Source: Candidatus Saccharimonadota bacterium
GTDB taxonomy: Archaea; Micrarchaeota; Micrarchaeia; Micrarchaeales; Micrarchaeaceae
Length of the DNA: 32,000 nucleotides
Assembly (NCBI GenBank): GCA_021654395.1
Contig: AP024486.1
Coordinates: 720,001-752,000, forward strand
Reading direction: 5' to 3'
In this document: positions 28,425 to 32,000 of the stretch, in pieces
Position numbering within the stretch: the stretch's first letter is position 1
Layout of the letters: every line of letters begins with the position of its first letter
Made by a program: the position numbers and the translations under genes
Notes under the pieces: model-generated
The model's input: only the letters and a program-made list of their open reading frames with translations
Database searches by the model: none
Told to the model about the DNA's origin: nothing

Positions 28425-28787
28425 TTACTTTATAAATTTAGATAGCTCTTTCTTCATTGATTCTTTATCTAGCGCTATTCCATTAGATCTTGCATAGTCC
28501 TCTATGAGCCTTATAGAGTTAGTGCTGTATCTAGATGCAGCTGATATTATAGCTTTATCTAATGCATCTTTACTAAAATAAAAGGATCTTAATAAAGTCT
28601 TTATTACCTCTCCTCTATCCTTAATTGCAGCTGCTATTAGGCTATTATCTAGATGCTCTCTTATATCAATCTGCTTCTGGCTTAGATCTTCTAGTATCAG
28701 CTTAAGGATATCAGCATAGCCGTATCTAGCTAGCAGGATAATTATATCAGTATCTATATCTTCTATTCTATGGCTGCTATCCTGCAT
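28425..28787 (-). CDS. hypothetical helical-repeat protein (weakly ankyrin-like)
   Basis: Three approximately 33-aa units resemble degenerate ankyrin repeats: IIILLARYGYADILKLILED, SLIAAAIKDRGEVIKTLLRS and KAIISAASRYSTNSIRLIEDY. Confidence 0.4.
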   Translation of the reverse strand: MQDSSHRIEDIDTDIIILLARYGYADILKLILEDLSQKQIDIREHLDNSLIAAAIKDRGEVIKTLLRSFYFSKDALDKAIISAASRYSTNSIRLIEDYARSNGIALDKESMKKELSKFIK

Positions 28788-28992
28788 CTTGCAGATTATC
28801 TCCGCTATCTTCTATTGTGGTAGATGCCTCTCTATGCTGGATCTAATCTTAAGATTAAACTTATTAGCATCCATATACTAAATTTAACAGATAAGCTTAA
28901 TCTAGATTCTGTTTAACATAATTGTATCTTGTGTATATCTTTCTAGATAATATTTTATATTCTAATATATAATCTTATGGCAGCCGCGTCCT

Positions 28993-29697
28993 TTACTTTG
29001 AGCTACTTATCTCTTCTATTGTAGCCTCTGCTGAAGCATACAGTAGATTGTCTATGCTACTTAGATACTGATTAGACTGGTTACTCAAGCTATTTAGATT
29101 TATAACAACTAGAAAGTCTTTATAGACAAAAGCTAATACATAAGACAACCTACGCTGCTCTATAAAAGCAGAGTAGTGGCTAATATTACTATTATTTATA
29201 GAGAGATTAAGCTTACTTACACCTAGATTAGAGGAGTTAATGCTGCTAATAAGACCATAATATAAGCTATCTGCTACGCTGCTATTGCTATATCCAGTAA
29301 TAGCGATATCCATATAGTACTTGCTATTTCCTATATATCCTATATATGTATTTAATTGAGAGAAAGTAACATAATTTGCAAGCGTTGTAACTGAAGCAGT
29401 ATAAGTAGAGTTGAGAGAGAAGTTAGCTATGCTTGAAGGTGGTGTAAAGTTGTATACAATCTTATGAGAGCTTGGATTAGCTATATTGAATACTGTCGTT
29501 GTTATAGTTGTTGAGATAGTTGTTGATGTTGTTTTAATACTTGCTTTAGATGTTGTATTATGCAAACTTCTCTGCTGTATTGTTGTATATACTGTTGTTA
29601 AGTTATATGATTTACTAGGCTTATTTATAATTAGATATGCTGCAATTATAACAACTACTGCTACTATTACTGCTGCTACTATCTGTCCTTTCTCCAT
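28993..29697 (-). CDS. membrane-anchored extracellular protein with a Thr/Ser-rich stalk, function unknown
   Basis: An N-terminal TM segment (IVAAVIVAVVVIIAAYLII) is followed by TTSKASIKTTSTTISTTITTT and then a sequon-rich domain. Confidence 0.5.
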   Translation of the reverse strand: MEKGQIVAAVIVAVVVIIAAYLIINKPSKSYNLTTVYTTIQQRSLHNTTSKASIKTTSTTISTTITTTVFNIANPSSHKIVYNFTPPSSIANFSLNSTYTASVTTLANYVTFSQLNTYIGYIGNSKYYMDIAITGYSNSSVADSLYYGLISSINSSNLGVSKLNLSINNSNISHYSAFIEQRRLSYVLAFVYKDFLVVINLNSLSNQSNQYLSSIDNLLYASAEATIEEISSSK

Positions 29698-29736
29698 ATT
29701 TATTTACTTTAATAACAACTTATAAAAATCTTTATA

Positions 29737-29898
29737 TCATTTAACTTCTCTGCTTAAACCACTTTTACATCTTACGCATATATTTAGAGCTGGATCTATA
29801 TGACTCTCGCATGTATATCTGTTGCATATAATACATCTCTTACTCGCTGGTTTACCACAGATATAGCATAAGCTATACAGATTGCTACTCTCCTTCAT
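29737..29898 (-). CDS. small (53 aa) Cys-rich zinc-finger protein, below the ORF-track size cutoff
   Basis: Manual translation gives MKESSNLYSLCYICGKPASKRCIICNRYTCESHIDPALNICVRCKSGLSREVK, ending at TGA (29739-29737). The pattern is CxxC-x7-CxxC-x4-CxxH-x7-CxxC. The start is preceded by the same ATGATGTAT motif seen at other genes. Confidence 0.5.
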   Translation of the reverse strand: MKESSNLYSLCYICGKPASKRCIICNRYTCESHIDPALNICVRCKSGLSREVK

Positions 29899-29987
29899 AT
29901 ACATCATTTAGGATCTTACTATTACTAGTATTATTGCTTTACATATCTATTAGTAATAGCTACTAGATAAAAGGAGAAGTAAACTAT

Positions 29988-30842
29988 TTAGCGCTTCTTG
30001 TACCTAATCGCTTGCTTAATTGTATCTTCGTCTAGAATTGCTGGTAGCTGACCAGAGGATACATACTTATATAATAAGAGCCTAAATGCATTGAATGTAG
30101 TTGAGGATACTATTGCTCCTAATATTATGAATACTGAAAATAGTATGAGGCCTATAGCTAAGAATATTGAGCTATTTAATAAGCCAGATGCTATAGCAGA
30201 TGTTATCAGTACTAAAAAGCCTATTAACATCATTCCAATGCCATAAAGATCTGAATATGCTATTCCGCTGATAGTAGACCCGAATGCCTTTACAAGAGTC
30301 TCAGCACTTTCTTTAACCGCTGATATAGGATCGAGCTTCTTCTCATATATAATTGGAAATGCAAATATAAGGCCTGCCCATAAGGCCATGCCTGCAGCTA
30401 ATCCCAATATTATACGAGATATTCCTCTTAAACGTGATTCAATGATCCTTATTATTAATATAACTGTTGAGTAGAATAATGACCACTTAAGCAGTACAGA
30501 GCCATAATCTTTAGCTTTACTTAATGCTTCGCTTAGAGAGATATTATTACCTTTCAGATGCTCATCGAATGCTATATAGAATGCCATTAGAAAGTAAGCT
30601 GAAGTAAATGAAGATATAACGTAGAATATAAATAGAAGCACTATATAAACTAAAGGGCTAACTCCAGCTTGAGTTGGAGCTTGAGAGATACTAACTATAA
30701 AGAATGATGCTACAATTAGTATGAACTCTAGAATTACAACAATAGCTGACGCTATTGGATATAGAAGCAGCTTCTTATCTTTAAATATCTCTTTCCTTAT
30801 CTTTGATGCAATTCTCCATCCTGCTACTAATCTTTCAAACAT
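29988..30842 (-). CDS. polytopic membrane protein (DUF6159-like), function unknown
   Basis: Begins MFERLVAGWRIASKIRKEIFKDKKLLLYPIASAIVVILEF, followed by about 6 TM segments. The N-terminal pattern resembles the family I recall as DUF6159. ATG 30842 is preceded by ATGATATAT. Confidence 0.5.
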   Translation of the reverse strand: MFERLVAGWRIASKIRKEIFKDKKLLLYPIASAIVVILEFILIVASFFIVSISQAPTQAGVSPLVYIVLLFIFYVISSFTSAYFLMAFYIAFDEHLKGNNISLSEALSKAKDYGSVLLKWSLFYSTVILIIRIIESRLRGISRIILGLAAGMALWAGLIFAFPIIYEKKLDPISAVKESAETLVKAFGSTISGIAYSDLYGIGMMLIGFLVLITSAIASGLLNSSIFLAIGLILFSVFIILGAIVSSTTFNAFRLLLYKYVSSGQLPAILDEDTIKQAIRYKKR

Positions 30843-30924
30843 ATATATCATTACATCTTATCAAACAAAACTTTATAAGTCTTATTAAAGCTCTCGATCT
30901 TTAATAGAGTATCCTTATATAAGA

Positions 30925-31024
30925 CGCCAGGGCTGGGATTTGAACCCAGAAGGCCCACGAGGGACCACACGCTCTCTAGTATGAAACTCCAGGCGTGCGC
31001 GTTACCGGATTCCGCCACCCTGGC
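30925..31024 (-). tRNA. tRNA-Ser (anticodon GGA), class II with long variable arm and a 13-nt intron at the canonical 37/38 position
   Basis: The reverse complement folds as GCCAGGG/TG/GCG-GAATCCGGTAA-CGC/G/CACGC-CTGGAG[TTTCATACTAGAG]A-GCGTG/variable arm TGGTCCCTCGTGGGCCT/CTGGG-TTCAAAT-CCCAG/CCCTGGC/G. The 3-bp D-stem, long variable arm and G73 fit Ser. Confidence 0.85.
30974..30986 (-). other. tRNA-Ser intron (13 nt)
   Basis: There are 20 nt between the anticodon-stem halves CACGC and GCGTG. Removing TTTCATACTAGAG leaves the loop CTGGAGA. Confidence 0.7.
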
Positions 31025-31085
31025 ATAGCTATTAAGTTAATACAATATAATCTTTAAGCAAAGGAAATCTAATAAGATAATAGCT

Positions 31086-31277
31086 TCACTCCTGTATCTC
31101 TAATGCATACTCGCCTTTTAATGCTATATTTAGCTTCTTAGCAATCTCTGATCTCTCTGGATCTATAACTATTAAGAGCCTATTCCACTTTGCTGTAAGA
31201 TCCTTAGATCCGCATACAGGGCACTCTGATTTATCTGTTATATATCTACAGCTTTTACATGCTTTATAATCTGCCAT
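31086..31277 (-). CDS. spt4: transcription elongation factor Spt4 (RNA polymerase subunit E'')
   Basis: MADYKACKSCRYITDKSECPVCGSKDLTAKWNRLLIVIDPERSEIAKKL shows the zinc ribbon CxxC...CxxC plus the Spt4 C-terminal block. It lies immediately downstream of rpoE'. An AGGTG SD is present. Confidence 0.85.
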   Translation of the reverse strand: MADYKACKSCRYITDKSECPVCGSKDLTAKWNRLLIVIDPERSEIAKKLNIALKGEYALEIQE

Positions 31278-31288
31278 AATATAACACC

Positions 31289-31855
31289 TTAACTCTTAGA
31301 CTTGGGCTTTGATCCCTTCTTACTCTCTATAAGATCTACTAATCTGCCTAAGCCTTCACCTCGCATAGTCAATGCAATCTTTGAATCTTTTACATTATCC
31401 TTTAAGCTTATAGTTGATATCTTTGCAACTATTATATCTCCTTTCTTTAGATAAACCTTGTTATCCTTTGTTACTATAGCATCAAGCTTTCTATTAAAGT
31501 GAAGCTTATCTCCGGATATCTGAGATATGTGGACTAGTGCATCTATAGGACCAACTCTAGCAAATGCTCCAAACTCTGCTAGCTCTGTAATATAGCTTCT
31601 ATAGACCTCATTAATCTTTGGCATGAAGCATAATGCCTTGAACTTTGCCTCATATACAACATCTGGCTCTCCTAAGATTATACTTCCATCGCTCGTGCTC
31701 TCAGCAGATATTATTGCAACGACTAAGCCCAGATCCTTGTCTATTCTGCCCTCATACTTGCTCTTAAAGTACTCTACTGCAACTTCATTGATATCTCTAC
31801 CAAAGTCCTTAGGCTTTAACCTGAATCTGTCTTTTATCTCATTTATATAATACAT
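31289..31855 (-). CDS. rpoE: DNA-directed RNA polymerase subunit E' (Rpo7), N-terminal domain plus S1 domain
   Basis: MYYINEIKDRFRLKPKDFG...GEPDVVYEAKFKALCFMPKINEVYRSYITELAEFGAFARVGPIDALVHISQI matches the typical Rpo7/RpoE' sequence. A GAGGTGA SD overlaps the upstream stop. Confidence 0.9.
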   Translation of the reverse strand: MYYINEIKDRFRLKPKDFGRDINEVAVEYFKSKYEGRIDKDLGLVVAIISAESTSDGSIILGEPDVVYEAKFKALCFMPKINEVYRSYITELAEFGAFARVGPIDALVHISQISGDKLHFNRKLDAIVTKDNKVYLKKGDIIVAKISTISLKDNVKDSKIALTMRGEGLGRLVDLIESKKGSKPKSKS

Positions 31856-31859
31856 ATAT

Positions 31860-32000
31860 TCACCTCAGATTATATCTGCTTATTCTATATGCTTTAACTC
31901 CTATATCCTTTAAAGCATAATAAAGCTCAGTATCATTAGTTAATACAGCTATATCTTTATCCTTTAGCATATCTGCTGTCTTAAGTATCGATCTATCTGC
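31860..32000 (-). CDS. PIN-domain protein, C-terminal end only (the conserved archaeal gene upstream of rpoE')
   Basis: Manual translation gives ...ADRSILKTADMLKDKDIAVLTNDTELYYALKDIGVKAYRISRYNLR*. The D-x-x-I...+++T-N-D-x-x-L pattern is the C-terminal PIN motif. Confidence 0.55.
   Translation of the reverse strand, partial: ADRSILKTADMLKDKDIAVLTNDTELYYALKDIGVKAYRISRYNLR

Noticed and set aside
28980-28992. GC-rich patch GGCAGCCGCGTCC just after the stop of the 28993..29697 gene, as a possible terminator stem
   Set aside because: It is not self-complementary beyond 2 bp at the ends, and no adjacent T-tract follows on the transcribed strand.
29919-29959. 9-bp inverted repeat CTATTACTA ... TAGTAATAG with a 23-nt spacer, upstream of the small zinc-finger ORF
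   Set aside because: It is short and AT-rich and does not extend in either direction. That is insufficient to call a terminator hairpin or an operator.

Overview
This is a visibly AT-rich archaeal chromosomal window; GC content was not computed. Archaeal hallmarks are Spt4 and Rpo7/RpoE' behind a PIN-domain gene, an NMD3-like protein, Sua5, a secF-secD pair, a Dpm1-type glycosyltransferase and intron-containing tRNAs. I support about 33 protein genes, one of them frameshifted, and 3 tRNA genes. Real genes use a strongly skewed codon set (AGA/AGG Arg, AAG Lys, GAG Glu, ATA Ile), and most short antisense ORFs in the track are shadow ORFs. Core content: an aldo/keto reductase fragment, an SQR-like flavoprotein with a DUF1641 partner, an M1 aminopeptidase-sucC-sucD operon, two wHTH regulators, and a surface/glycosylation/secretion neighbourhood (GT4, an 830-aa beta-helix glycoprotein, NMD3-like, secF/secD, Dpm1-like GT2). 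It also holds a frameshifted pirin, AlaX, class II LysRS, an SDR epimerase, a metal-transporter-like membrane protein and Sua5. The most interesting region is 25.0-28.1 kb, between Sua5 and tRNA-Arg. It carries three co-directional genes with visibly different codon usage: a DCTPP1/MazG-like NTP pyrophosphohydrolase, an HNH nuclease with an uncharacterised N-terminal domain, and a CYTH / uridine-kinase-like P-loop kinase / CYTH fusion. I propose this as a candidate undescribed nucleotide-surveillance or antiviral module, with nucleotide salvage as the alternative. Other notable points: tRNA-His has a ~17-nt insertion inside the T-loop (non-canonical intron), and tRNA-Ser has a 13-nt anticodon-loop intron. 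An NTGAT motif recurs 3-6 nt upstream of many start codons and explains the 'MIxM' N-termini in the ORF track. A 53-aa zinc-finger ORF is missing from the track. All homology calls rest on motif recognition by eye; no searches were run.
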